The notes below the pieces were generated by a model, which saw only the letters and a list, made by a program, of their open reading frames with translations, searched no databases and was not told the origin of the DNA. A stretch of 59,231 bases of DNA from a virus (Duplodnaviria; Caudoviricetes), in the IMG/VR virus record IMGVR_UViG_3300040781_000275, positions 1 through 59,231 of that record; one strand, 5' to 3'. Below, one piece after another: positions 18,295 to 28,081 of the stretch (position 1 is its first letter; each line of letters begins with the position of its first letter). Both the position numbers and the translations under genes were made by a program.

Positions 18295-19859
18295 TGGGAA
18301 CTTTAGTATTCACTGATGAACAAATTAGAACAATTACAGAACAGGTATTAAGTTTACCTATTACTCTTGATGGTATTCCTGAACTTGGTGTAACGGGTTT
18401 GAGAGACTCCCTTGTTACTGCTCAAGAAGAAAAAGAAAACTTTTTATCTCAAGATGAGGATAAGAAAATATTTTTCGATAATGTTTTACTTTCAGTTCAA
18501 AAATATCATGAGGAAATTCTTCAAATTGTTGGAGACAGTAGAACCCTTTATAGTGAAGCGGATTTAATTGCTTCAGCTAAACATACTTTACCTCATTATG
18601 AAAAAACAACTTGGTTCAATGCTGTTATTGAAATCATTGCTTCAAACAACGGAAATCCTAGAACTACAAATTCTCAGGAAGCTGAAGATGATAAAATTCA
18701 GGACGTTATTGATGCCGTAGATGGTTATATTTTAGGCACACCTCCATCAAGCCCTTTAAATTCAACTCTAAGCCAACCCTATAATCCGGGTGATGGTTTC
18801 GTTCACACTGAGAACACAGGTGGTTCAGTTGGGGATATTATTCTAATTGAAAACACTTTCTTAAGTCAGATTATGGTGGCAATTATTACAAATGTTACAG
18901 GCCCAGATGGAACTTGTACTAATGCTGCTTTTAATAACGACCCCGCTGGTTGTGCTTTAGATAACTTCACAAACGAATATGAGACTTTAGGTGCTCAGAA
19001 GATATTTTTTGATGTTATTGATAACGACCAAAACTTTTCTGACACTGCAACTATTACAAATGTGTATGACCCTTTTACTAATTCTGAGAGAGGTAGACAG
19101 GAAGTAATTGCCCCTGAAAGACAAGTTATTCAAACAGCTTTAGAAGACAATATCGTTACCTTCTTAGCTATATGGGAAAGTGAGCTCCAAGCTACCAAAG
19201 CTATTATCGAGTCTCAGGTTACATCAGGAGACAATACAAAAATTGCTGAGAACCAAGTGGCATTAGATAATGTTCAAAATATCTTGGATGATATTACAAC
19301 TTGGGAGAATACGCCTTTAACAAGTGCTACTGGAAGATACACTGATTCAAGTGTCGTTCCACTTATTAAAAACAACACTATTCTCAGGAAGGATACACAG
19401 ATTCCTAATCGGAATACGGAAATAAGTACGTTCTTAGGTAGTGTTGCTCAGGATGCCCAAGGTAATGTTTCAGGTGATGGGCAATATTTTGAGCTTACTA
19501 ACATAATTAAGTCGCGAATAGACCTAATTGGGGGCTCTCTGTCATCGTTCTTTCAAGCAGACCTAACTTTGGTTAGTATTGACCAAGATATCAAACAAAA
19601 AGAGTCTGACTTAGCACGGTATGAAGCGAACTTTGATGTTAAGCCTTTATTGGAAGAATCAGAGCTTGGACAAATTGAATTTGAGGTTGAAGATGCTAGT
19701 TCTTTTAGCCCAGCTGACGAAGTAAAGGTGTTCGATAACAGTTCGCTGGTATTTACCAGAAATATTGATACAATAGATGGAAACATAGTCAGACTAGACA
19801 CTGGAATACCCACAACATTGACACTAGGAAACCAAGCCCGAATAGTTAGGTTAAAATAA
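18294..19859 (+). CDS. Hypothetical baseplate-region structural protein
   Basis: 521 aa, translationally coupled between the spike and gp25; helical segments plus a C-terminal beta domain. Confidence 0.6.
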   Translation: MGTLVFTDEQIRTITEQVLSLPITLDGIPELGVTGLRDSLVTAQEEKENFLSQDEDKKIFFDNVLLSVQKYHEEILQIVGDSRTLYSEADLIASAKHTLPHYEKTTWFNAVIEIIASNNGNPRTTNSQEAEDDKIQDVIDAVDGYILGTPPSSPLNSTLSQPYNPGDGFVHTENTGGSVGDIILIENTFLSQIMVAIITNVTGPDGTCTNAAFNNDPAGCALDNFTNEYETLGAQKIFFDVIDNDQNFSDTATITNVYDPFTNSERGRQEVIAPERQVIQTALEDNIVTFLAIWESELQATKAIIESQVTSGDNTKIAENQVALDNVQNILDDITTWENTPLTSATGRYTDSSVVPLIKNNTILRKDTQIPNRNTEISTFLGSVAQDAQGNVSGDGQYFELTNIIKSRIDLIGGSLSSFFQADLTLVSIDQDIKQKESDLARYEANFDVKPLLEESELGQIEFEVEDASSFSPADEVKVFDNSSLVFTRNIDTIDGNIVRLDTGIPTTLTLGNQARIVRLK

Positions 19860-19866
19860 GGAATAA

Positions 19867-20238
19867 ATGGCTTTTTATAGAGATTTAAACCAAACATCTT
19901 TTGCAAACCGTCCGTATGTTACGGATATTGAAGCCGTTATCCAGTCGGTTAGAAATTTAGTATCAACCCGTAAAGGCGAAAGGCCTTTTAGACCAGACTA
20001 CGGAATTAATATTGTGGACTACCTATTTGAATTAATGGACGACTCTGCAAGTTTACAGTTACTTGGAGATGTTTTTTCGGCTGTTCAAACCTATGAACCG
20101 AGAGTTACAATAGACAGACAAAGAAGCACGGTTACACCTGACCCAGACACTTACACTTTTGAAGTAGAACTTTTCTTTGTCGTTGAAGGTTTTGAGAACG
20201 AGGGTATTTTCAACGTAACTGAAACAGTAAGGCAATAA
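19867..20238 (+). CDS. Baseplate wedge/sheath initiator (gp25-like)
   Basis: SVRNLVSTRKGERPFRPDYG...YLFE...YEPRV. Confidence 0.93.
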   Translation: MAFYRDLNQTSFANRPYVTDIEAVIQSVRNLVSTRKGERPFRPDYGINIVDYLFELMDDSASLQLLGDVFSAVQTYEPRVTIDRQRSTVTPDPDTYTFEVELFFVVEGFENEGIFNVTETVRQ

Positions 20239-20240
20239 TT

Positions 20241-22463
20241 ATGACGGATTTTATCGTAGACCCATCCAAATTATCATTTGAAGAAATTAAAAAAGAGTAT
20301 GAAACATTCTTAGCCTCTAAACCAAATGCAGCTGAGATTAGCCAATTCTTTTTAAGTTCAGCGGGTCAGACAACTATAGAAATTGCAGCAGCTTATTTAG
20401 CTTATCTGAAATATGACTCAATCGTAAGTCGTAGAGAAAATTATTTACCGTATGCTACTACTCGTGGTGGAATTGTAGCTGGTGGACAGACTTTAGGTTA
20501 CTCAGCTGATAGGGGAAGAAACGCTATTGTTACAATTACATTTACACCCCTAACAAGCGGTGTTTATCCAAGGTTCTATAACTTGGGTAATGTTTCTGGA
20601 TACGGTTTATTACTATTAGAAGAAACTGTTCACAATGCTGGAACACCTTTAACAGTTCAATGCGTTGTGGGTGATTTATTAACTGATGTTCAACAAGCTG
20701 ATACAGAAGGTAGTTCTAAATTCAGATTCACTAATAAAAGAGTTTCAAACGATATTAGAATTAATATTGAAACAGATGAGGTTGCAAACTCAACCAACAT
20801 CACAGATTTGCTTGAGAATCAATTTGTTGTTCAGTCTAATGCTATTGGTTCAATCGATGCTTTATATCTTAACGATGCAACGGCAGCATTCCAATATGTA
20901 ACAGGTTCAAATATTAATTTAGAATATGTTGAACTTAGAGATGTAAATTTCACATCACAAAATATTCAACTAGACGAAGCTGAAGGTACTTTAACAAGTG
21001 CTGAGATTACAAATCTATATCAGGAGCCAGAATCAAATGAGTCGATTAAAATCAATGCCCCTCTACAAAATGAAACGAAGTTTGTAATTAGAGGAAGGAA
21101 TGACTACGCAAAACTATTACTGCTATCTAATCCAGACTTTATCGCTGCGGGGGCTAGAGACACAAATGTTGCAGCAGTTGTTGAAGCATTTGCACTTAAA
21201 GACGATTTAAGTGTTCTAAGTGCTATCGAGAAAAATAATTTGGTTATCGCTGTTAATCAAAATAGAAGTTTTGGTGTTCAACCTTCAATTATTATTGATA
21301 CGGTTCCAAACTTCTTAGACGTAAATATCGAGATTTGTGTTCAAGCCGGTGTAACAGGTGACCCAGCAACTTTAATTAGAGAAATCCTAGCTCCTTATGA
21401 AAAGAAATTATCAACACCCGAAGAAATTCAGGGCATTGATTTCAAAGAACTAGAGTCTTTAATTACAGCTCTTTCAATTGTGCAAATTTCAAGAATACTT
21501 TATAATACAAATCCTTGGGCAAGCTCAAGTTCTTATAGGAGAGGTAATTATATTTCTCCTTCTGTTGCAAATGGATTCATATATGAGGCTGTTGGATTTA
21601 GTAGGTATAGCGGTGGTACAGAACCATCTTGGCCTTCTCCAATTCCTCTTACTCCACCAGCAAATGGCTTTACCTATGGCCAAACTATTGATGATAACGA
21701 GCTTGTTTGGGTAAGCATTGAAGAGGATACAAGTCTTAATGATTGGCAACCTAATCTTGGCTATAGTGTGGGGGATAAGGTTAAGGTTACTGGAAACGGT
21801 AATACACCCGATGCTTCATTTGAAGTTCAATCTGTAAAACATAAATCAGGAACTTCTACAGCGGGTGTTGCAGCAACGGCTACTGAACAAGGTGTAACCT
21901 TCACAGCGGATAATTTAGGAACTATTGGAGACGGTATTTCTCTTGGATTTAATGGTATAGCTGACGTAGATGCTGTGGTAGCCGCTTGGAATTTAGCTAA
22001 CCCATCTAATACGGTTTCACACGATGGAGCTGGTACGGAAGTATTAACAACGGCTACCGTTAACTTATCAGGCGGGCTTGAAGCCTTTGATGCTGAACCG
22101 CTGTGGCCAGTACCAGTTAGCCCACCAAACCCAAATGAGCGTTCATTTTTAAACGATAACCAGGTTCTTTGGTTGATGGTTGCTAAAGAAGGTACACCTG
22201 ATGCTTGGGCAGCGGATACAGAATATAATGTAGGCGATATTGTTGTTCCAACTAATATTCAAACTGGACAAGAGGACATTGCTTTTCAAATGGTTTCATT
22301 TATTGGAACAAGTGGGTCAACCGAGCCAACATTCCCAACTACTTTGGATGATGTAGTTGTTGATAACGGTGTTATTTGGGCTGCTAGAAGTGAAAGTGCA
22401 AGTCCTAATCCTCCTGTAGAAAATGAATATTTCTTAATTAATGAAAACGTGGTGCTTATCTAA
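20241..22463 (+). CDS. Baseplate wedge protein (gp6/gpJ-like) with C-terminal carbohydrate-binding-like repeats
   Basis: LSFEEIK, RENYLPYATTR...LGY and ESNESIKINAP; three W-x5-Y-xx-G-[DN] repeats at the C-terminus. Confidence 0.88.
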   Translation: MTDFIVDPSKLSFEEIKKEYETFLASKPNAAEISQFFLSSAGQTTIEIAAAYLAYLKYDSIVSRRENYLPYATTRGGIVAGGQTLGYSADRGRNAIVTITFTPLTSGVYPRFYNLGNVSGYGLLLLEETVHNAGTPLTVQCVVGDLLTDVQQADTEGSSKFRFTNKRVSNDIRINIETDEVANSTNITDLLENQFVVQSNAIGSIDALYLNDATAAFQYVTGSNINLEYVELRDVNFTSQNIQLDEAEGTLTSAEITNLYQEPESNESIKINAPLQNETKFVIRGRNDYAKLLLLSNPDFIAAGARDTNVAAVVEAFALKDDLSVLSAIEKNNLVIAVNQNRSFGVQPSIIIDTVPNFLDVNIEICVQAGVTGDPATLIREILAPYEKKLSTPEEIQGIDFKELESLITALSIVQISRILYNTNPWASSSSYRRGNYISPSVANGFIYEAVGFSRYSGGTEPSWPSPIPLTPPANGFTYGQTIDDNELVWVSIEEDTSLNDWQPNLGYSVGDKVKVTGNGNTPDASFEVQSVKHKSGTSTAGVAATATEQGVTFTADNLGTIGDGISLGFNGIADVDAVVAAWNLANPSNTVSHDGAGTEVLTTATVNLSGGLEAFDAEPLWPVPVSPPNPNERSFLNDNQVLWLMVAKEGTPDAWAADTEYNVGDIVVPTNIQTGQEDIAFQMVSFIGTSGSTEPTFPTTLDDVVVDNGVIWAARSESASPNPPVENEYFLINENVVLI
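21867..22076 (+). repeat. 70-aa shared insertion module, copy 2 (in baseplate wedge)
   Basis: VAATATEQGVTFTADNLG...AWNLANPSNTVSHDG...VNLSGG. Confidence 0.9.
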
Positions 22464-23065
22464 TGACAACAAGAATAGGTTTAGAATCAGCCATTGACTT
22501 AGTAGCCAGTAACTTACGAAATGATGAGTTTTTAATCCTATTCACAGATATGTTAAATTATGCCGTTGAAGAGTACGCAGAAGAGTTTGCAGACGTTAGA
22601 TTTAAGTTCCAAGACCCTACTCAGCTTAGGGAAATTGCGATTAAAGAGATTATTACAGAACTTGGGTTTGATTATATTAGAAACCTGATGGATACTTTAG
22701 ATGACATTTCATTTAATGTTTTAATTGATTTCTTGTCGCTTCTAAATCTTTTAAAGGGTTCGAGAAGAGGGCTTGAAATTGTTCTTCAACTTTTAGGTTT
22801 AGATTCAATTATTGTAGAATGGTGGGAAAACCAACCTCAGAAAGAGCCTATGACATTTGACCTAACAATCATTGTCACAAATTCAACGGTTCCTGATATT
22901 GAAGACACACTGAGTAAAATTAGAATTTTTGTTCAACATTATGTGATTCCTAAGCTAAACTTGATTGAGTTCCAATTTATTTTAGGAGCATTTTTAGAAC
23001 AGTCAGCCGGTATTGCAGGATTTGTTAGATTAAAAGAATTTGGTAGAATTGTAGGTAAAATTTAA
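22463..23065 (+). CDS. Baseplate wedge protein (P2 gpI/gp7-like)
   Basis: LLKGSRRGLEIVLQLLG...IVEWWE motif; follows the gpJ-like gene. Confidence 0.8.
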   Translation: MTTRIGLESAIDLVASNLRNDEFLILFTDMLNYAVEEYAEEFADVRFKFQDPTQLREIAIKEIITELGFDYIRNLMDTLDDISFNVLIDFLSLLNLLKGSRRGLEIVLQLLGLDSIIVEWWENQPQKEPMTFDLTIIVTNSTVPDIEDTLSKIRIFVQHYVIPKLNLIEFQFILGAFLEQSAGIAGFVRLKEFGRIVGKI

Positions 23066-23077
23066 GGATATATAATT

Positions 23078-26000
23078 ATGAGTATTTTAGGTGTTGTAAC
23101 AAATAATGGACTCGCAGCTGCTCAAGATGCGGCATTGAATGAGGGTTTTAATTTAGTTCCTACTAGATTTGGTGTTTCCGATGTTTCAGGTACTTTAGAC
23201 CCGACAAGGGAGAATCCTACTTCTGGACAGTTTTTTACTGCTCCGATTAATTCAAGGGTTATCATTGACCAGAACACAATTAAATTTGTTCTAACTGTTC
23301 CACCTAATCAAATTTCTACAGGTACTTTTAAAATTGTTAGAGAAGTTTATCTCTATATCAACGACAGTTCTAATAATGAAATCTTATTTGCTGTTGGTCA
23401 GCCTACAGACACTATTCGCTATAACTTCGACCAAGAACTAACATTAGACTTAGAATTTTCAATCGTTAACTTAAACCTGATTGATAACTTTGTTTTTGAG
23501 TTTACCCAAGCAACTGAAATCGCTGAACACAATACAGACCCTAATGCCCACCCCGACATTATAGCGATTATGAGAAAGGCTGGTTTATTTATTCCAATGG
23601 GTGCTTACACTTTTGATAGACGTGGGCAAACATTTGAAGACAACGGTGGAAACGGTGTTGAATTTGAAGGTAATAAATCAAGTGTTACAAGTGGCGGTGT
23701 AACTTTCACTTCTACTTTTAATGGTGATGAGTTAAATGGTTTCACTATTGAGCCTGATGGTTTAAAAACTGTAGATGAACTACGCTCTGAATTTAATGCG
23801 GCTAACTACCCTAATACAATCGAGCATGACGGTGTTGGAACAGAAGTTTTAGGTGGTGGAACACTTATTCTAACAGCCGGTTCATATGTTGTTCAGGATA
23901 AAGATGTTGTTTACAAAGACGTAGACGGAATTTACAAACAAGCTATTGCTGATGGAACAATAAAATCAAGGGTAGCGGGTATTGCTTTCAGAGAGGATAA
24001 ATTAATTGTCTCTGACGGTTTTATTGGTGTTGATACGGGTTACGATATTTCAACTCCACTATATTTGAGCTCAACCGTTCCGGGTGCTATTACCAATTTT
24101 AATACGAACATTAACCTCGGTCTTGGACTAGGTGATTTTATATACTTTACTGGTTTTGCAAGTGATATCACAAGCCGAGTTAGCCAAGACTTTGATGCTG
24201 TTGTAACAACGACTACAGGGGCTGGCCAATTCTTAACTACACAGGATGCAATAGATGATGTTCCTAATGGTGGTAGAATATTAATTAACAAGATTGACCA
24301 GATTGCTGAAACTATTGAAACAAACGGTAAACAGGTTGAGATTGTTTTTAATGGCCCTGAGACAGGTTGGGAAAGATTTCCGGGTCTTAACTCCCAGTTT
24401 AGATTGGATTTTGATTCTGTTCCTACACAGGGTACTTTTAGAATTGAGTGGAACAACCAAGAGTCAAACGATATTGACTTCGATGCTACTGCCTTAGAAA
24501 TTCAGAACGAGTTTAATTTACTCGAAGGTTCAAACGGCTTTACTGTCACAGGTGACTTTTCTAGTGGGTTTGTTTTCACTTCAAATGATGAGAATACTTA
24601 TCCTCTTCCAACATTTACATTTGCTGGAACAAACGAAATTCAAAGATACGATTTCTCTAATGTACCTAACGATGGAACTATCCAATTTGAAAAAGATGGT
24701 CAAGCAACATTAAATTTTCCTTGGGATGATAGCGCATCTGATTTACAAATTGCTTTACAAGCCCTACCTAATCTTTCAAATGTAATTGTTACGGGTGAGT
24801 TCGCCCAGCAGTTTTTTCAAATTGAATACGATGGCGGTTTTTTACAAGACGGTAATCAGGAGCAAACACCTCTTGAAGCGGTTATGTTCGACCTCGACTT
24901 AAATGGTGCTCCTACTAACGTAAATGGAACAACGGTTACACCTGTTGAAGCCTCTATTGTTCAGAAAGGTAAGAAGCCCGCATCTAACCTATATAACGGT
25001 TCAACATTAATCAATATTACTACTACGGCTATTGAAGATGGCTCTAGTCAGGGTGCGGATAGAGCAATCAATATTGATTCTCCTTACACACAGATTACTG
25101 GTTTTGGTAAGATATCTAATTTCTCAGAAGGTATTTATTTAGATAATGCAACCACAGGTAACCAGATTGAGGTTTACTTTGAAAATGTTGCTCAACCTAT
25201 TTTAACAAACGATAAAATTCCGGGTGTCGATTATGATATTGAGGCTTTAGGTTTTGCAAAAGATGTTCTATCTCAATTACGAGTAACAGAGCATCCAACA
25301 AATAAGAAAAGATTAAAAATAACGGGTGCTGAACAAATTTTAGCTTCTGGTATAACATTGGGAGCGGACTTAAATAGTTTGTTAATGTCTTTTAGTGGTG
25401 CGGAAATTGACTTCAGCACAGACCCTATTGAAATTTATGCTTCTGATGGTGTAACTCCGTTAGGTGTAAATATTGCTAGACCTGTTATCGCCCAATCACA
25501 ATTCAGATGGTTTTCAATTAATATTATTCCTGAGATTACTGAAACTGATTTAAGTTTAAAAGCACAGATTTTATTATTACCCGCTGCTAATGATGGCTCA
25601 ACTAAAGAGACAGCAGAGAAGCCGCCTTTTGGAGATAAGCCAATTGGTTTAGTTGCTGTTGAAGGTGCTTTTGGTGATGCTGAGATTACAGAATTAATTA
25701 CTGTTAGAAATGACTTTGGTAGCCTTACAGGTAAAACATTTATTTTAGAGGGAAAACTCTCCAACAATCCTGGCCCTAGTGAAATTGAGTCTGTTGCATT
25801 TTGGTTTAGTGACGAAAGTTTAGATACTTTTCCACTTCAGGATGAGACTTCTGTAACAGGTAACGATGAGTCGCCCTTTAACTCTGTAGTTACTAATGTT
25901 CAGGCTGGTAAAATATCATTAGCTGCTTCAACGACTTTTGACACCGTGGACGTGTTTTTAAGAAGAACAGGTAACCCAACTGGAAATTTATCAGTAAGGG

Positions 26001-28078
26001 TTTTAGGTGAGTCAGGTGGTTTACCAGATTTAGGTAATGTTTTAGCAACAGGTTTAGCTGTTGTTGAAGCAAGTGAGATTGGAACTGACTTTGTTAATCC
26101 TTCGAGAGTTAGATTAAATAGTGAAATTACTCTTCCAGTAGGTGATTACTTTATTGAGGTAGATGCTGACAACTTGGTAACTTCTGGCGGTAACTTTATT
26201 GGTTGGAATGTTGAAACAAACGGTGCCTCAGTTGAGTTATTTAACCGCGACCCCTCAGGTTCTACTTGGTTAAGTGATAACGGTAATGTTACAGCCAAGT
26301 TTCAATTAAGAAATAGAAACAGAGGTATTCCTTTAGCTGCTCAGGCTGCTGATAGAGAGGTTGAAATTACAACGCTTGGTGATGAGGATTTACAATCTGT
26401 AGTTGCTCAAAAAGTACAAGCTGTAATTAACACTGATGTTTTATTCAATGCTTCCGTTAATACAAACAGGGTAACTATTACAAATGTGAATGTTGGTGAT
26501 GTGGCTGATATTGATTTGTCTGATTCTGGTTTCTTTGCAACTATTACTCAACAAGGTACTGAAACAGACACTACAGGTGTTGAAGATATTTCAAATGCCA
26601 ATATTATTCAATTAGGAGCTGGAACAGGTTCAGGTGGTGGTTCAGGTGGTGGACCATCTTTTCTACAGGATTTAAAATTTCAGTTAAAGACTTCAAACTA
26701 CGAATTTGTAACTGCTTCAGTTTTCAGTGATGACCAAGATTCTAAGATTGATTCTTCTACTGGTTCTTACTCTTTTAGTGAGAGAGCTTGGGAACTAGCT
26801 GCTGGTCAAAATCTTTTAACCATTAATCTACTTGACCCAAGTTATCTTTTTGACTCGATAGCAAGCTCTGTAGTTGCTCAGGACGTTAGAAACATAGATG
26901 TTACTGTAAAGTATAAGGACGTGGACAATATTGACCCTGCGGCTGTATATGAGGCTTCTATCGATGGTGGGGCCAACTTTGAAACTATTGAAATGGAAAG
27001 AATCGGTGAGACTGATACCTTTGTAGCCAGTTTATTTGAGTTCGATGATAGCGGTTATGCTTTTTCAACTTTCAATACCTATTCTTCAACTAACTTGGAT
27101 TCAAATGTTTTATTGGACGATAATACTAGTCAGGAGATTAGTCAGGAATTTACAACCCCTGCGGACTTTTATCAAATTACCAGAACAATCCAAACTTATT
27201 TTTCTAAAGTAGGCTCGCCTAGTGGTTTCTACGGTATAAAAATTGTTAAAGACGATGCTGGAAGTCCTAGTACAGACCCGAATGACTTAGTTTATACAAG
27301 TGAGTTAAAAGATATTGAACTACAGTCAGTCGGCAATTTTGCTGTTACTTACGATGTACCTTTTGCCCTTTTAGAACCTAGCACAAAGTACCACTTAGTA
27401 CACATAACGGATGATACCTACAAAGATAGTGGTTATGTTTTTAACACTGATGAGATTAGAGTTAGAATTGATTCTTCATCAAGTGAACCATCTTTACAGG
27501 TATTTGACGGTTCGAGTTATAGTGTTACGGCCGGTTCAAGCTGTGCTTATATAATTAACGGTAGAGAGCTTGATTTAAGGCTTAGGATTACATCTTCGGT
27601 TGATACGTTAATTGAGGGCTTCGGGGTGTTCTACGGTCTTGATTTGGACATTACAGGTCAATCTAACAATTACCCTACAGAACTTATTTACCTAAATGGT
27701 GACGACAACACTACGTTAGTTCCTATTTCGCAATTTCAGGTGAATACTGATACAATAATGGTCATAGATTTAGACACTCAGGAGTCTTGGGCTTGGCCAG
27801 CGTTTTCGCTTTCAGGAAACAACTTAATTTTTAAACAAGATACCTTTAATAGACCAGGCGAAGGTATTAGACTAAAAGCAATACAAGTTGGTGGCGGTAG
27901 TACAGCTAATGATGATAACATTAATCAACAGCTAGCTGAAAATCATGTTTGGAGCGGAGATTCTTCTAAAGATAATTCAACTGCTGGGCGTGGTAATACT
28001 TATAGGGATGGGGCTAATAATCCTGTTGAACTAGCAATAGATGAAAACGGCTTAATCGCATTTATTTTTAAGGGTTAA
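23078..28078 (+). CDS. Giant multidomain tail fibre/baseplate appendage (1666 aa)
   Basis: N-terminal baseplate-attachment region (VVTNNGLAA...VREVYLY...LFAVG), EHNTDPNAHPDI motif, and many nested beta modules. Confidence 0.8.
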   Translation: MSILGVVTNNGLAAAQDAALNEGFNLVPTRFGVSDVSGTLDPTRENPTSGQFFTAPINSRVIIDQNTIKFVLTVPPNQISTGTFKIVREVYLYINDSSNNEILFAVGQPTDTIRYNFDQELTLDLEFSIVNLNLIDNFVFEFTQATEIAEHNTDPNAHPDIIAIMRKAGLFIPMGAYTFDRRGQTFEDNGGNGVEFEGNKSSVTSGGVTFTSTFNGDELNGFTIEPDGLKTVDELRSEFNAANYPNTIEHDGVGTEVLGGGTLILTAGSYVVQDKDVVYKDVDGIYKQAIADGTIKSRVAGIAFREDKLIVSDGFIGVDTGYDISTPLYLSSTVPGAITNFNTNINLGLGLGDFIYFTGFASDITSRVSQDFDAVVTTTTGAGQFLTTQDAIDDVPNGGRILINKIDQIAETIETNGKQVEIVFNGPETGWERFPGLNSQFRLDFDSVPTQGTFRIEWNNQESNDIDFDATALEIQNEFNLLEGSNGFTVTGDFSSGFVFTSNDENTYPLPTFTFAGTNEIQRYDFSNVPNDGTIQFEKDGQATLNFPWDDSASDLQIALQALPNLSNVIVTGEFAQQFFQIEYDGGFLQDGNQEQTPLEAVMFDLDLNGAPTNVNGTTVTPVEASIVQKGKKPASNLYNGSTLINITTTAIEDGSSQGADRAINIDSPYTQITGFGKISNFSEGIYLDNATTGNQIEVYFENVAQPILTNDKIPGVDYDIEALGFAKDVLSQLRVTEHPTNKKRLKITGAEQILASGITLGADLNSLLMSFSGAEIDFSTDPIEIYASDGVTPLGVNIARPVIAQSQFRWFSINIIPEITETDLSLKAQILLLPAANDGSTKETAEKPPFGDKPIGLVAVEGAFGDAEITELITVRNDFGSLTGKTFILEGKLSNNPGPSEIESVAFWFSDESLDTFPLQDETSVTGNDESPFNSVVTNVQAGKISLAASTTFDTVDVFLRRTGNPTGNLSVRVLGESGGLPDLGNVLATGLAVVEASEIGTDFVNPSRVRLNSEITLPVGDYFIEVDADNLVTSGGNFIGWNVETNGASVELFNRDPSGSTWLSDNGNVTAKFQLRNRNRGIPLAAQAADREVEITTLGDEDLQSVVAQKVQAVINTDVLFNASVNTNRVTITNVNVGDVADIDLSDSGFFATITQQGTETDTTGVEDISNANIIQLGAGTGSGGGSGGGPSFLQDLKFQLKTSNYEFVTASVFSDDQDSKIDSSTGSYSFSERAWELAAGQNLLTINLLDPSYLFDSIASSVVAQDVRNIDVTVKYKDVDNIDPAAVYEASIDGGANFETIEMERIGETDTFVASLFEFDDSGYAFSTFNTYSSTNLDSNVLLDDNTSQEISQEFTTPADFYQITRTIQTYFSKVGSPSGFYGIKIVKDDAGSPSTDPNDLVYTSELKDIELQSVGNFAVTYDVPFALLEPSTKYHLVHITDDTYKDSGYVFNTDEIRVRIDSSSSEPSLQVFDGSSYSVTAGSSCAYIINGRELDLRLRITSSVDTLIEGFGVFYGLDLDITGQSNNYPTELIYLNGDDNTTLVPISQFQVNTDTIMVIDLDTQESWAWPAFSLSGNNLIFKQDTFNRPGEGIRLKAIQVGGGSTANDDNINQQLAENHVWSGDSSKDNSTAGRGNTYRDGANNPVELAIDENGLIAFIFKG
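23672..23881 (+). repeat. 70-aa shared insertion module, copy 3 (divergent, in giant fibre)
   Basis: GVTFTS...DGLKTVDELRSEFNAANYPNTIEHDGVGTEVL...LTAG; aligns to the other copies without gaps. Confidence 0.8.
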
Positions 28079-28081
28079 AGT

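Noticed and set aside
9669-23065. Bacterial tailocin/eCIS/T6SS locus or integrated prophage
   Set aside because: Capsid, protease and a full phage replication module are linked; no host genes, integrase or att site are visible.
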